From an uncultured Solirubrobacteraceae bacterium (lineage in GTDB: Bacteria; Actinomycetota; Thermoleophilia; Solirubrobacterales; Solirubrobacteraceae): a stretch of 64,000 nucleotides of DNA. Where the stretch lies: NCBI GenBank assembly GCA_963818035.1, contig CAWFQR010000003.1, positions 64,282 to 128,281 on the forward strand. The letters are read 5' to 3'. Positions 10,911 to 21,635 of the stretch are shown here, in pieces; position 1 is the stretch's first letter, and every line of letters starts with the position of its first letter. The notes under the pieces are model-generated. The model was not told the DNA's origin. It searched no databases and was given only the letters and a program-made list of their open reading frames with translations. Both the position numbers and the translations under genes were made by a program.

Positions 10911-13356
10911 GGAGCTCGCCCCCGAGCGCGGACAGCGCGGTGACGATCTTCTCCCGCACCGGCGCGACGTCCTCGTCGGTCAGCGTGCCCTCGCGGGAGC
11001 GGAAGCTCAGCGCCAGCGCGAGCGAGCGGCGCCCCTCCCCCACCTGCTCGCCGGTGTAGACATCGAAGATCTCTGCCCGGTCGAGCGTCGGCGCCGCCCG
11101 CCTCGCGCACGGCCGCGAGCACCTCCGCGGCGGAGACGGCGTCGGGCAGCGTGACGGCGATGTCCTGGCGCAGCACCGGGAACTCGCCGAACGCGGCGAA
11201 CGTCAGCACCTCCGGCGCCGCCGCGGCGAGCTTGCCGAGGTCGATCGCGAACGCGGCCGTGCGCGGCAGGTCCCAGGCGGCCGCGACGAGCGGGTGGACC
11301 TCGCCGAGGAAGCCGAGCGTCGAGGAGTCGGCCCCCGGCGATCACGGCGGCGCTGCGCCCGGGGTGCAGGAACGGCCAGCGCTCGGCCTCGGCGGGCTCC
11401 GCGCGCCAATCGACGTGCAGGCGGTCGAGCAGGCCGCCGAGCAGCGCCTTGGCGGTGAAGAAGTCGGCCTCCGGGCGCTCGCCGCGCCACGAGCGCGGGC
11501 CGAGCGCCCCGCACAGCAGCGCTCCGAGCGCCTGGTGCTCGTCGGCCGGCGTCGCGCCGGCGCCGTCCTCGCGCGCGCGGTAGACCCCGCCGGACTCGAA
11601 GATCGCGACGTCGGCGATCCCGCGCGAGACGTTGTGCCGGGCGGCGTCGAGCAGCGAGCCGAGCAGCGTCGGGCGCATCACCGACAGGTCCTCGGAGAGC
11701 GGGTTCTCGATCCTCACGACGGCGCGCAGCGGATGCGCCTCCGGCACCCGCAGCCGGTCGAGCAGGCCCGGGTCGGTGAAGCTCCAGCCGACGATCTCGA
11801 ACAGGCCGCGGCCCCTCATCGCGTCCTCCGCGGCGCGTCGCACGCGCTGGGCGTGGCTGAGCCGGCCGGCCGCCCCGCGCCGTGCCGGAAGCGTCGCCGG
11901 CAGCCGCTCGAGCCCGTCGATCCGTGCGACCTCCTCGATCAGGTCGACCTCGCGCGTCACGTCGTCCCGGCGCAGCGCCGGCACCGTCACCTCGAGGCCG
12001 CCGTCGATCGGCGAGGTCGCGAAGTCGAGCGCCCGCAGGATCTCCGCCTCGCGCGCGGCGGCGACGTCGACGCCGAGGATCGCGCGCACGCGCTGCTCGC
12101 GCAGCGCCAGCGTCTGCAGCGGCGGACCGTCGCCGCCGACGTCGATCGTGCCGGGCATCGAGCCGCGCGCCGCACAGCTCGGCCATCAGCGCCGCGGCGA
12201 CCGCCTGGGCCTGCATCGTCTGCTCGGGCTGCAAGCCCCTTCTCGAAGCGCGTCGACGCCTCGCTGCGCAGGCCCAGCGTCCACGAGGTGCGGTGGATGT
12301 TCGGGCCGTTCCAGGTCGCGACCTCCATCAGCACGCGCGTGGTCGCCGGCTCGACCTCCGAGCGCGCGCCGCCCATCACGCCGGCGATCGAGGTCGGGCC
12401 CGTCGGCGTCGTCGATCACGACCATCTCGCCGTCGAGCGTGCGGGTCTGCCCGTCGAGCGTCTGCACCTGCTCGCCCTCGCGCGCCCGGCGCACGACGAG
12501 CTCGCCGCCGGCGACCCGGTCGAGGTCGAACGCGTGCAGCGGCTGGCCGGTCAGCAGCATCGCGTAGTTGGTGATGTCGACGACGTTGTTGATCGGGCGC
12601 TGGCCGGCGGCGGTCAGGCGGGCTGCCAGCCACAGCGGCGACGGGCCGACCGTGACGTCCTCGAAGACGCGCGCGGTGAAGCGCGGGCACAGGTCCGGAC
12701 ACTCGACGCGCACGCGCGCGCTCGCGACCTCGCCGGCGCTTCCGGGGTCCTCGGCCCACGGCGGCGGCGCGAGCGCGGCGCCGGTCGCGGCGTGCAGCTC
12801 GCGCGCGACACCGTAGACGCCGAGGCAGTCGGGCCGGTTCGGCGTGATCTCGAGCTCGACCACGTCGATCCCGACCGGCAGCACGTCGGCGAGCGGCGTC
12901 CCCACCGCGAACTCGGCATCGAGTCAGGTCGTCGAGCACCATGATCCCGGCGCTGCGCTCCCCCGCCGGCTCGAGCTCCAGCTCCGAGGCGGCGAGGATC
13001 ATCCCTTCCGAGACGACGCCGCGCAGCTTCGCCTTCTTCAGCTTCGTGCCGTCGGGCATCACCGCGCCGGGCCGGGCGACCGCGACCGTCTGCCCGGCGT
13101 CGACGTTCGGCGCGCCGCAGACGATCGTCGCGGGCTGCTCGTCGCCGAGGTCGACCGTGCAGACCTTCAGGCGGTCGGCGTCGGGGTGCTTCTCGGCGCT
13201 CAGAACACGGCCCACCACGAAGCCCTCGGCGGAGGGCGGGCCGAGGTGGTGGATCGCCTCGACCTTCGTGCCGGTCATCGTCAGGCGCTCCTCGATGCCC
13301 GCCACGTCGAGCGGCGGGTCGCAGTACTCGCGCAGCCAGGGAAGCGGGACCTTCAC
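10903..13356 (-). CDS. pheT: Phenylalanine-tRNA ligase beta subunit (multiple frameshifts)
   Basis: HPDADRLKVC, IVCGAPN, ITPNRPDCL, NNVVDITNY, REVDLIEEVARIDG, NPLSEDLSVMR; C-terminus GGELRG-stop overlaps the argC start. Confidence 0.95.
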
Positions 13357-14420
13357 CGGAACTGCTCCAGCAGCCGCAGGTCGTTCTCGTACATCAGCCG
13401 CAGGTCCGGGATCCCGTGCTTGAGCATCGCGATCCGCTCGACGCCGAGCCCCCAGGCGAATCCCTGCACCTTCTCGGGGTCGTAGCCGGGCGCGTTCGCC
13501 TCGGTCGTGGCGACGTGGGAGTAGACGTTCGGGTCGACCTCGCCGGCGCCGAGGATCTCGAGCCAGCCCTCGCCCTTGCAGAGCCGGCAGCGCGAGCCGT
13601 CGGCGAGGAACCCCTTGCCGGCGCAGTTGAAGCAGGACACGTCGACCTCGACCGAGGGCTCGGTGAACGGGAAGAAGTGCGGCCGCAGCCTCACGTCCCG
13701 GTCGTCCCCGAAGACCGCGCGCGCGAAGTTCAGCAGCGTGCCCTTGAGGTCGGCGAGCGTGATGTCCTCGTCGACCGCGAGCCCCTCGATCTGGTGGAAC
13801 TGCGGGGTGTGCGTCGCGTCCAGGTCGCGCCGGTAGACGCGCCCGGGGATGACGATGTAGAGCGGCGGCGGGTGCGCCTCCATCGCCCGCACCTGCATCG
13901 GCGAGGTGTGGGTGCGCAGCACGACGTCCTCGGCGGTGTAGAAGGTGTCGGTGCGCGCCCGCGACGGGTGCGTCGGGCTGTGGTTGAGCGCGTCGAAGTT
14001 GTAGTGGACGGTCTCGATCTCGGGTCCCTCCATCACCGTGAAGCCGAGCCCGAGGAAGATGTCTTCGAGCTCGCGCCGCGTCGACGTCAGCACGTGCAGA
14101 GCACCGAGCGGCTGCGGCGGCGCGCCCGGCAGCGTGACGTCGACCCGGTCCTCGCCGAGCTGGGCGCTGAGCTCCGCTCCCGCGAGCTCCTCGCCGCGCG
14201 TCTCGATCAGCGCCTCCAGCGCCTGGCGGGCCTGGTTCGCGGCCTTCCCGACCGCCGCCCGTTGCTCGGGCGGCAGCGAGGCGACCTCGCGCAGCGTCTG
14301 CGGCAGCTCCGCCTTGCGGCCGAGGTAGCGGACGCGCAGCGCCTCGAGCGCGGCGGTGTCCGGCGCGGCGGCGATCGCCGCCTCCCCCTCGCTGCGCAGT
14401 TCCGCGATCCGGTCGGTCAT
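13353..14420 (-). CDS. pheS: Phenylalanine-tRNA ligase alpha subunit
   Basis: LRTHTSPMQ, HTPQFHQIEG, FPFTEPS, GFAWGLGVERIAM; carries a CxxC...CxxC insert. Confidence 0.98.
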   Translation of the reverse strand: MTDRIAELRSEGEAAIAAAPDTAALEALRVRYLGRKAELPQTLREVASLPPEQRAAVGKAANQARQALEALIETRGEELAGAELSAQLGEDRVDVTLPGAPPQPLGALHVLTSTRRELEDIFLGLGFTVMEGPEIETVHYNFDALNHSPTHPSRARTDTFYTAEDVVLRTHTSPMQVRAMEAHPPPLYIVIPGRVYRRDLDATHTPQFHQIEGLAVDEDITLADLKGTLLNFARAVFGDDRDVRLRPHFFPFTEPSVEVDVSCFNCAGKGFLADGSRCRLCKGEGWLEILGAGEVDPNVYSHVATTEANAPGYDPEKVQGFAWGLGVERIAMLKHGIPDLRLMYENDLRLLEQFR

Positions 14421-15154
14421 GACGCCGTGACCCTAGATGTTTCGCGGGTCATCTCGTAGAGCGCGACGGTCGCCGCCATCGCGGCGTTCAACGACTCGCT
14501 CTCGATCGGGATCCGGGCGTGCACCTCGCAGGCGGCGAGGACCTCCTCGGGCAGGCCCTCGCGCTCGGCCCCGATCAGCAGGCTGATCGCCTCGGCGCCC
14601 TCCGAGAGCGCGCCGCGCAGGGGCTCGGCGGCGTCTGCGGAGAGCGCGATCCGCCGGCCCGGCAGGTCGGCCGGCGAGGCGGCCCGGGCAAGCGTCACGG
14701 CGAAGATCGCGCCCATGCTCGCCCGCACGGCCTTCGGCGAGTGCGGATCGGCGCACCCCGGCCCGAGGGCCACGCAGGCCGCACCGAAGGCTTGAGCCGA
14801 GCGCAGCACGGCTCCGAGGTTGCCCGGATCGCGGACGCCGTGCAGGTAGACGCAGAGCGGGCCGGTGGGAGCGAGGCCCCAGCGCTGCGGATAGACGCCG
14901 ATCACGCGCGTGCTCGAGCCGAGCGACGAGGCGCTCGCGAGCGCCGGCCCGTCGACGTCGTGGAACGCCGCTCCGCCGAGGCCGGAGCCGGCGAGCCGGA
15001 ACCCCTCGACCGGCTCGGCGCCGGCGAGAGCGGCGGCGGTGACGAGATCCTCGCCCTCCGCGGCGAACTGGCCGCTCGCGGCGCGGCCGCGGCGGGTCTG
15101 CAGGCGCCGCAGGGCCCGCAGTCTCTGGTTGTGGGTGGAGGCGATCGCTGTCAA
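14417..15154 (-). CDS. TrmH/SpoU family RNA methyltransferase
   Basis: DPGNLGAVLRSA, LIGAEREGL, ESLNAAMA; typical position between rplT and pheS. Confidence 0.92.
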   Translation of the reverse strand: MTAIASTHNQRLRALRRLQTRRGRAASGQFAAEGEDLVTAAALAGAEPVEGFRLAGSGLGGAAFHDVDGPALASASSLGSSTRVIGVYPQRWGLAPTGPLCVYLHGVRDPGNLGAVLRSAQAFGAACVALGPGCADPHSPKAVRASMGAIFAVTLARAASPADLPGRRIALSADAAEPLRGALSEGAEAISLLIGAEREGLPEEVLAACEVHARIPIESESLNAAMAATVALYEMTRETSRVTAS

Positions 15155-15182
15155 AGGAATCGGTGGTGGTGGGCTCTCTCAG

Positions 15183-15220
15183 AAACGAAAAAGGGCGCCG
15201 TCCTCGAAGGAGCGGCGCCC
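15183..15220 (-). terminator. Intrinsic terminator after rplT
   Basis: Minus strand GGGCGCCGCTCC-TTCG-AGGACGGCGCCC followed by TTTTTCGTTT. Confidence 0.8.
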
Positions 15221-15249
15221 GGGAGGCACTTCTGTCGTCTGCCGATCGT

Positions 15250-15609
15250 TCAGGCAGCCGACGCCTCGCGGGCGACCTCGGCAAAACGTCGGAAGGAGTC
15301 GGCGTCGCGCACGGCGATGTCGGCCAGGACCTTGCGGTCCAGCTCGACGCCGGCGAGTTTCAGACCGTGCATCAGCTGCGAGTAGCTCATCCCGTTCTGA
15401 CGCGCCGCGGCGTTGATCCGTGTGATCCACAGCCGCCTGAAATCGCGCTTGCGGTTGCGCCGGTCGCGGTAGGCGTAGGCGTCGGCCTTGAGCAGGGCCT
15501 CCTTCGCGCGCCTGTAGTTCGAGTGTGCCTCGCCACGGAAGCCCTTAGTCTGCTCGAGGACCGAGCGGCGCTTCTTGCGGGCGGCGACGGAGCGCTTGAC
15601 GCGTGTCAT
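15250..15609 (-). CDS. rplT: 50S ribosomal protein L20
   Basis: MTRVKRSV...[24 protein letters not shown]. Confidence 0.99.
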   Translation of the reverse strand: MTRVKRSVAARKKRRSVLEQTKGFRGEAHSNYRRAKEALLKADAYAYRDRRNRKRDFRRLWITRINAAARQNGMSYSQLMHGLKLAGVELDRKVLADIAVRDADSFRRFAEVAREASAA

Positions 15610-15807
15610 CTAGCGCTGCCCCAGCATCCGCTTGATGCGCGGCGCGTCGTGCTCGTCGAGGATCGCGGGCCCGCCGAGGGCGCGCTTCTTTTTCGGCGAC
15701 TTCTTCTCGAGGATGTGACTCGTGAAGGGGTGCCGGCCACGGACCTTGCCGTTGGCGGTCACTTTGAAGCGCTTCTTCGCGCCGGAGTGTGTCTTCATCT
15801 TGGGCAT
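15610..15807 (-). CDS. rpmI: 50S ribosomal protein L35
   Basis: [17 protein letters not shown]. Confidence 0.99.
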   Translation of the reverse strand: MPKMKTHSGAKKRFKVTANGKVRGRHPFTSHILEKKSPKKKRALGGPAILDEHDAPRIKRMLGQR

Positions 15808-15870
15808 CGCGAGCGGATGATTATGGCACGGACTCGCGCCGGAGCCGGGCGTGATCCGCGAGCCGCGCGC

Positions 15871-16650
15871 TCAGGCCGCCGAAGCGGCCTCGCCGGTGGG
15901 CTCCGCGGCGGCCTCGGCGGCGGGCGCCGGGTCCTCGCCGGCGGCAGCCTCGGGAGCCACCTCGGCCTCCGGCGCCGCGGGCGGCGGATCCGTCGGCGTC
16001 GCGGTCTCGGTGGCTTCGGTCCCGGTGGAGGCGGCCGCCTCGCCGTCGGGGGAAGCCTCGCCCTCCGCGTCGCCGCCCTCCCCGTCCAGACGGCCGGTCA
16101 GGACGGCTTTGGACGGCGCCATCATCATCGTCATGTTGCGCCCTTCCTGCATCGGGCGCTGCTCGACGACGCCGAGCTCGGCCAGTTCCTCGGCGAGGCG
16201 GTCGAGGATCATCGTCCCGCGCTCGGGGTGCGTGACCTCGCGCCCGCGGAACATGATCGTGACCTTGACCTTGTCCTTGTGCTTGAGGAAGCGCTCGACG
16301 TGGTGCTTCTTGGTGTCGTAGTCGTGCTCGGCGATCTTCGGGCGGAACTTGATCTCGCGCACGGTGATCTGCTGCTGGTGCTTGCGAGCCTGCTTGACCT
16401 TCTGCGCCTGCTCGTACTTGTACTTGGAGTAGTCGAGGATGCGGGTGACCGGCGGGCGCGCCTCGGGCGCGACCTCGACCAGGTCGAGATCCTTCTCCTG
16501 CGCGAGCGTCAGCGCGTCCGGCGTCGTCATCACGCCGATCTGCTTGCCCTCCTCGTCGATCACGCGCACCTCGGGCACGCGGATGCGCTCGTTGATCCTC
16601 GTCTGATCCCGCTCGGGCGGGCGCCGGTCGAACCTGCGGGGGACCGGCAC
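15871..16650 (-). CDS. infC: Translation initiation factor IF-3 with acidic C-terminal tail
   Basis: RINERIRVPEVRVI, DYSKYKYEQ, KVKVTIMFRGRE. Confidence 0.98.
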   Translation of the reverse strand: MPVPRRFDRRPPERDQTRINERIRVPEVRVIDEEGKQIGVMTTPDALTLAQEKDLDLVEVAPEARPPVTRILDYSKYKYEQAQKVKQARKHQQQITVREIKFRPKIAEHDYDTKKHHVERFLKHKDKVKVTIMFRGREVTHPERGTMILDRLAEELAELGVVEQRPMQEGRNMTMMMAPSKAVLTGRLDGEGGDAEGEASPDGEAAASTGTEATETATPTDPPPAAPEAEVAPEAAAGEDPAPAAEAAAEPTGEAASAA

Positions 16651-16722
16651 TAAATGTCCTGGCCTGGCGTCAAGCGGACGCTGTTAGAGGCGCTGTGAGG
16701 ATTCGCGGGGCTGCAATGGCGC

Positions 16723-18676
16723 TCAGTATAGCTGGCTCTTTAGGTTCTCGGCGAACTCGGCGACCGTGCTCGCGCCCCGGTCCCCCTCGCCGTGCGATCG
16801 CACCGCGACCGTCTCGGCTTCGACCTCGCGCTCGCCGACGATCAGCATGAACGGCACCTTGCGCAGCTCGGCATCGCGGATCTTGCGCCCGATCGACTCC
16901 GATCGGTCGTCGAGCTCGACGCGCAGCTCCCGCTCCCGCAGCTGTGCGACGACCGCGTTCGCGTACTCGTTGAAGCGGTCCGAGACGGGCAGCACGATCG
17001 CCTGCACGGGCGCCAGCCACAGCGGCAGCAGCCCGGCGTAGTGCTCGATCAGGATCCCGATGAAGCGCTCGTAGGAGCCGAATATCGCGCGGTGGATCAT
17101 CACCGGGGTGTGCTCGGCGTTGTCCGCGCCGGTGTAGGTGAGCCCGAACCGCGCCGGCATCGAGTAGTCGAGCTGCACGGTCCCGGTCTGCCAGGAGCGG
17201 CCGAGCGAGTCGGTCATGTGCACATCGATCTTCGGCCCGTAGAAGGCGCCGTCGCCGGGGTTCAGGTCGTACTCGAGCCCGAGCTCCTCGAGCGCCTGCG
17301 TGAGGTTCAACTCGGCGCGGTCCCACAGCTCGTCGTCGCCGATCCGCTGCTCGGGCCGCGTCGAGAGCTCGAGCCGCACGTCGAAGTCGAACAGCGCGTA
17401 CGTCGCGAACGCCATCTCCAGGCAGCCCCGCACCTCGTCCTGGACCTGCTCCTCGGTGCAGAAGATGTGGCCGTCGTCCTGGGCGAAGTGACGTACCCGC
17501 AGCAGGCCGTGGAGCACTCCCGACGCCTCGTTGCGATGCAGCAGGCCGGGCTCGGAGTAGCGCAGCGGCAGGTCGCGGTAGGAGTGGCGCGTGGTCGAGT
17601 ACAGGTGGCAGTGGCCGGGGCAGTTCATCGGCTTGACCGCCATCTCGCGCTCCTCGACGGTCAGCGTGAACATGTTCTCCCGGTACTTCCCCCAGTGGCC
17701 CGAGGTCTTCCAAAGCTCGGCGTCGAAGATCAGCGGCGTCTTCACCTCGCTGTAGCCGCGCTCCGCGCCCATCCGCCGCGACAGCGCGACGAGCGAGTTG
17801 AACACGCTCGTGCCCGCCGGGTACCAGAAGGCCGCGCCGGGCGAGACCTCGGAGAACGTGAACAGCCCGAGCTCGCGCCCCAGCCGCCGGTGATCGCGCG
17901 CCTTCGCCTGCTCGATCCGTTCGAGGTGCTGCTCGAGATCCTTGTTCGAGAAGAACGCGGTGCCGTAGATCCGGGTCAGCATCGTCCGCGCCGAGTCGCC
18001 CCGCCAGTAGGCGCCGGCGACCGAGTTCAGCCGGAACGCCTTGACCGTCGCGGTGCTCGGTGCGTGCGGCCCGCGGCAGAGGTCGGTGAACGGCCCGTTC
18101 GTGTACAGCGAGACGGTCTCGAGCGGATCGACCGGACTCCCGGCCGGCGCTGAGCAGGTCGTCGATCAGCTCGACCTTGTAGTCCTGGCGCTCGCCGAGG
18201 AACCGCTCGCGCGCGGCCGCCGGCGGGACGTCCTCGCGCGTGAACTCCTCTGCTGCCTTGACGTGGGCGCGCATCGCCTCTTCGATCCGCGGGAAGTCCG
18301 CCTCGGAGATCGACGTCCCCTCCGGGAACTCGAAGTCGTAGTAGAAGCCGTCCTCGATCGGCGGCCCGATCGAGATCTTCACGCCCGGGTACAGCTCGGT
18401 CACCGCCGCCGCGAGCACGTGGGCGGCGTCGTGGCGGATCAGCTCGAGCGCCGGCGGGCCGCTGCGCTCGGTCAGGATCGAGATCCGCGCGCCGTCGGGC
18501 AGCGGCCGCGCGAGGTCGCGCAGCTGCGGCTGCTCCCCGGTCAGCTCGTGCGTGACCTCGACCGCGAGCGCGGCGCGTGCGAGCCCGGGCCCGATCGCGG
18601 CCGCGGCGTCGGCGCCCGTCGCTCCGTCTCCCAGCTCGAGCACGGTCCCGTCCGGCAATGTCACGCTGATCCCCAT
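16723..18676 (-). CDS. thrS: Threonine-tRNA ligase (frameshift ~18130)
   Basis: TGS domain, RHDAAHVLA, IGPPIEDGFYYDF, DLCRGPH, KPMNCPGH, GAFYGPKID, HRAIFGSYERF. Confidence 0.96.
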
Positions 18677-18719
18677 CGCAGCGCTGCAGGCTACCCGCGC
18701 GTGGTCCGCGGGGCCCCGC

Positions 18720-19598
18720 TCAGCGGACGCGCCAGAGGGCGTCGTCGCCGAGCGGCTCACGATCGACGGCGCCGTCCGCCAGCAGTGCGATCAGCGCGCG
18801 CTCGGCGGCCGCCCGGTCGGGAAGCTCGTTGTTCTGCGCCATCACCGCGGCGACCTCCTGCGTGACGAGCCCCCCGGGGAACGGCGCCAGCGCCGCCAGC
18901 GGGTCCTCCGCGGGGTCGCGGCGCTCGAGCTCCTGGTCGAGGTTCGCGACCAGCACGTCGTAGGCCTCGACCGGCTGGAACCCGCCCGCCTCGAGCCGGC
19001 GCCCGTCGGCAGCCTCGAAGACGAGCGAGGGAGCCGAGTAGCGGACCGGCCCGTCGGTCTGCCGGGCCTTGCCCTGGAACGCGGTGGGACTGCCCTCGGC
19101 GCGCCGGGTCAGCTTCTTGTCCTGCTCGTACTCGGCGAGCGTGCCCTCCTCGTCGATCGCCGCGACGATCGCGGCGACGTCGATCCCGTCGACGCGGCCG
19201 AGCGCCGAGGCGATGTCCTCGTCCTGGTCGAGCAGCAGCGTGGTCGTGAACCAGGCGAACTGGAGCGCGCGCAGGACGTCCTCCTCACGGCCGGGGTGCA
19301 GGCGTCGCGCCGCGACGATCGCGCGGCACGCCCGCGAGGTCGCGAGCACGCGCGAGCGGGGCTCGAACAGGAACGGCATGCCGTGACGGCGGAAGCGCTG
19401 CTGGAGGCCGATCGTCGAGCGGGTCGGGGTGTAGCCGGCGGCGACGTAGCGCTCGGGGTTCTCGGCGAGCCCGATCGTGACCAGGCGCCAGTCGAGCTGG
19501 TCGCCGTAGCGCCAGCGCATGACCGCGAGCGCCGGGCTGGCGGAGTAGGCGAACGGGCAGCCGGGGTCGGTGTAGTGGGTGACGGTGATCGAGCTCAC
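18720..19598 (-). CDS. DsbA/FrnE-like thioredoxin-fold protein
   Basis: HYTDPGCPFAY motif at the N-terminus; YSAPSL (cis-Pro) region. Confidence 0.75.
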   Translation of the reverse strand: MSSITVTHYTDPGCPFAYSASPALAVMRWRYGDQLDWRLVTIGLAENPERYVAAGYTPTRSTIGLQQRFRRHGMPFLFEPRSRVLATSRACRAIVAARRLHPGREEDVLRALQFAWFTTTLLLDQDEDIASALGRVDGIDVAAIVAAIDEEGTLAEYEQDKKLTRRAEGSPTAFQGKARQTDGPVRYSAPSLVFEAADGRRLEAGGFQPVEAYDVLVANLDQELERRDPAEDPLAALAPFPGGLVTQEVAAVMAQNNELPDRAAAERALIALLADGAVDREPLGDDALWRVR

Positions 19599-19705
19599 GG
19601 GGCCATGATTGCACGCGCAATGACCTTTCCCGGACAGTACCCACAACTCCGGGTCAGAAACACCGGGTATTGCGGGGCGCGGTCCCCGTGGGATGCTCGT
19701 CCGCG

Positions 19706-20095
19706 ATGGCCGAGGCGGAGCACACACCGATCGCGATCACGCTCTCGCCTGCGCAGGTCGAACACGTGGTGCGGGGCTCGGCAGGCGCCACCGCGCCGGG
19801 GATCGCGGCGCTGATATCGGGCGCGCTGCGCCGCCCCGACGCGGCCGCCGCCGTCGATCACCGGCTGTCGCGCTCGCTGCTGCGCGGCCTCTCGCTGCTG
19901 ACCTGCTTCGGCCCCGGGAACGAGGAGCGGGGGATCGTCGAGCTTGCGCGGGCGGCCGGGATGAGCGCGAGCACGACGCACCGCTACGCGCTGACGCTCG
20001 TCGAGCTGGGGTTGCTCGAGCGAAGCCCGCGCACGCGCGGCTACAGGCTGCCGGCGCCGCCGCCCGGAGACTCGCCGGCGAGCACCGGCTCGTGA
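19706..20095 (+). CDS. IclR-type helix-turn-helix protein lacking an effector domain
   Basis: SRSLLRGLSLLTCF...GIVELARAAGMSASTTHRYALTLVELGLLERSPRTRGYRL. Confidence 0.85.
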   Translation: MAEAEHTPIAITLSPAQVEHVVRGSAGATAPGIAALISGALRRPDAAAAVDHRLSRSLLRGLSLLTCFGPGNEERGIVELARAAGMSASTTHRYALTLVELGLLERSPRTRGYRLPAPPPGDSPASTGS

Positions 20096-20282
20096 AGCCC
20101 GGCGCCTGAGCGCCTGACCGATACCCGCCGAGACCGCCGCCCGTCTCGGGCAACGCGGGGCGGTCAGCCTCCTTCTCTATAGGCTCGATCTGCCTTGTCC
20201 GTCGTGCTCGCACCGGGACCGGCCGCAGCTGCCGCGCAGATTCGTTCCGGCGACCGGAACCCCGCCGGGCGGCTCTGAGCGC

Positions 20283-20891
20283 ATGCCCACCGACCCCCTC
20301 CCGCCCGGCGACGACGACTACGCGGACACAGAGCCTCTGCACGTGGCGGAGCACCGGTCCGGGGATCGGCGCGTCCCGCCGGCGCTGGCCCGGTTCGAGC
20401 GCGTCTACCGCACCGAGTTCGGCCCGGTCGTCGCCTTCTTCGCACGCCGCTACGAGGACCCGCAGCTCGTCGCGGACCTCACCGCCGACACCTTCGTCGC
20501 CGCGATCCGGGAGTTCGGAGCCCGGGATCCGCAGGCGGGCAGCGTGCGGGCGTGGGCGATCGGGCTCGCCCGCCGTGTCGACGCCGCCTATCGGGAATCC
20601 GATCCCCGCGGCGAGGACTCGGGGCGCGGCCGCTCGCTCGAGCTCCTGCTCGATCGCGCCGAGACGCGCGAGCTGATGTGGTGGGTCGACGTGGAGCGCT
20701 CGAGCCGCGGGCTGATCGAGCGTCTGGCGGGGATGTCGAGGCTCGATCGCGAAGCGTTCGAGCTCGTCGAGCTGTGCGGGCTGACGCCCGCCGAGGCTGC
20801 GAGCGAGCTCGGCCTCGGCGGGACCGCGACGCGGGTCCGCCTACTGCGCGCGCGCTCACGGCTGAAGCGGGAGGGAGGCGAGGATGCCTAG
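20283..20891 (+). CDS. ECF-type RNA polymerase sigma factor
   Basis: Region 2-like DLTADTFVAA...RAWAIGLARR and region 4 REAFELVELCGLTPAEAASELG...RVRLLRARSRL. Confidence 0.82.
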   Translation: MPTDPLPPGDDDYADTEPLHVAEHRSGDRRVPPALARFERVYRTEFGPVVAFFARRYEDPQLVADLTADTFVAAIREFGARDPQAGSVRAWAIGLARRVDAAYRESDPRGEDSGRGRSLELLLDRAETRELMWWVDVERSSRGLIERLAGMSRLDREAFELVELCGLTPAEAASELGLGGTATRVRLLRARSRLKREGGEDA

Positions 20892-21471
20892 CTTCGAGGA
20901 GCGCCTCTGGGCGGAGCTCGTGGAGCACCATGGCGCGGCGCTCGCCGCGCCCCCGGCGCGCGGCCCGGCGCGGCGCTCGCCGCGAGCCCGGCTGCGCGTG
21001 CGGACGGCCGCCGGCCTTGCGACCGCCGCGGCGGCGCTCGCCGCCGCGCTCGTGCTCGTGCTCGGCGGCATCGGACCGGGCTCCGGGCCGGCCGCGTATG
21101 CGGTCGTCCGGAACCCCGACGGGACGGTGACCGTGACGATCCGCGAAATCGTCGGCGTGACCGGCGCGACCGCGAGGCTCGAGGCGCTCGGCGTGCCGGC
21201 TCGCGTCGTCGGCGTGCGCCCCGGGTGCGGCTCGCGGGGGTTCACCCCGGCGCGGTTGCCGCCGCAGGCATCGCACGGGATCGCGCGGATCGCGGGTGGC
21301 GCCGGCCACGCCGCGATCGTGCTCGACCCCGCCGCGATCCCGGCGGGCGACACGGTGTTGGTCGGCGTCGAGCCGTTCGGCGGAGGCCCGAGGGGCGAAT
21401 CGGAGATCGGCTTGAGCGTCGGCGTGTTCCGGGGCCCGGCGCCGCCATGCGTGGCGCCGCTCGTGCACTGA
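20884..21471 (+). CDS. Putative membrane anti-sigma factor
   Basis: Overlaps the sigma gene; FEERLWAEL N-terminus, one TM helix, then AYAVVRNPDGTVTVTI extracytoplasmic domain. Confidence 0.65.
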   Translation: MPSFEERLWAELVEHHGAALAAPPARGPARRSPRARLRVRTAAGLATAAAALAAALVLVLGGIGPGSGPAAYAVVRNPDGTVTVTIREIVGVTGATARLEALGVPARVVGVRPGCGSRGFTPARLPPQASHGIARIAGGAGHAAIVLDPAAIPAGDTVLVGVEPFGGGPRGESEIGLSVGVFRGPAPPCVAPLVH

Positions 21472-21635
21472 CGACGCAACCCGGCACCGTCGGCCGCGAG
21501 CCCCGCGGGCTCGGGCGCGTCGACGCCGGCGGGACCGAATCGCCCGAGGCGCTGCCGCCCGGCGCAATCGGCGCCGGATTCGACACGCTCGGCCGCCGAG
21601 CGCGCTCGCCGCACCGCTCAGGCCGGTGCGGAGGC

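Noticed and set aside
10903-13356. Programmed frameshifting or true pseudogenisation of pheT and the arg genes
   Set aside because: Several scattered indels with no slippery-site pattern, in genes that include essential ones; sequencing error is more likely.
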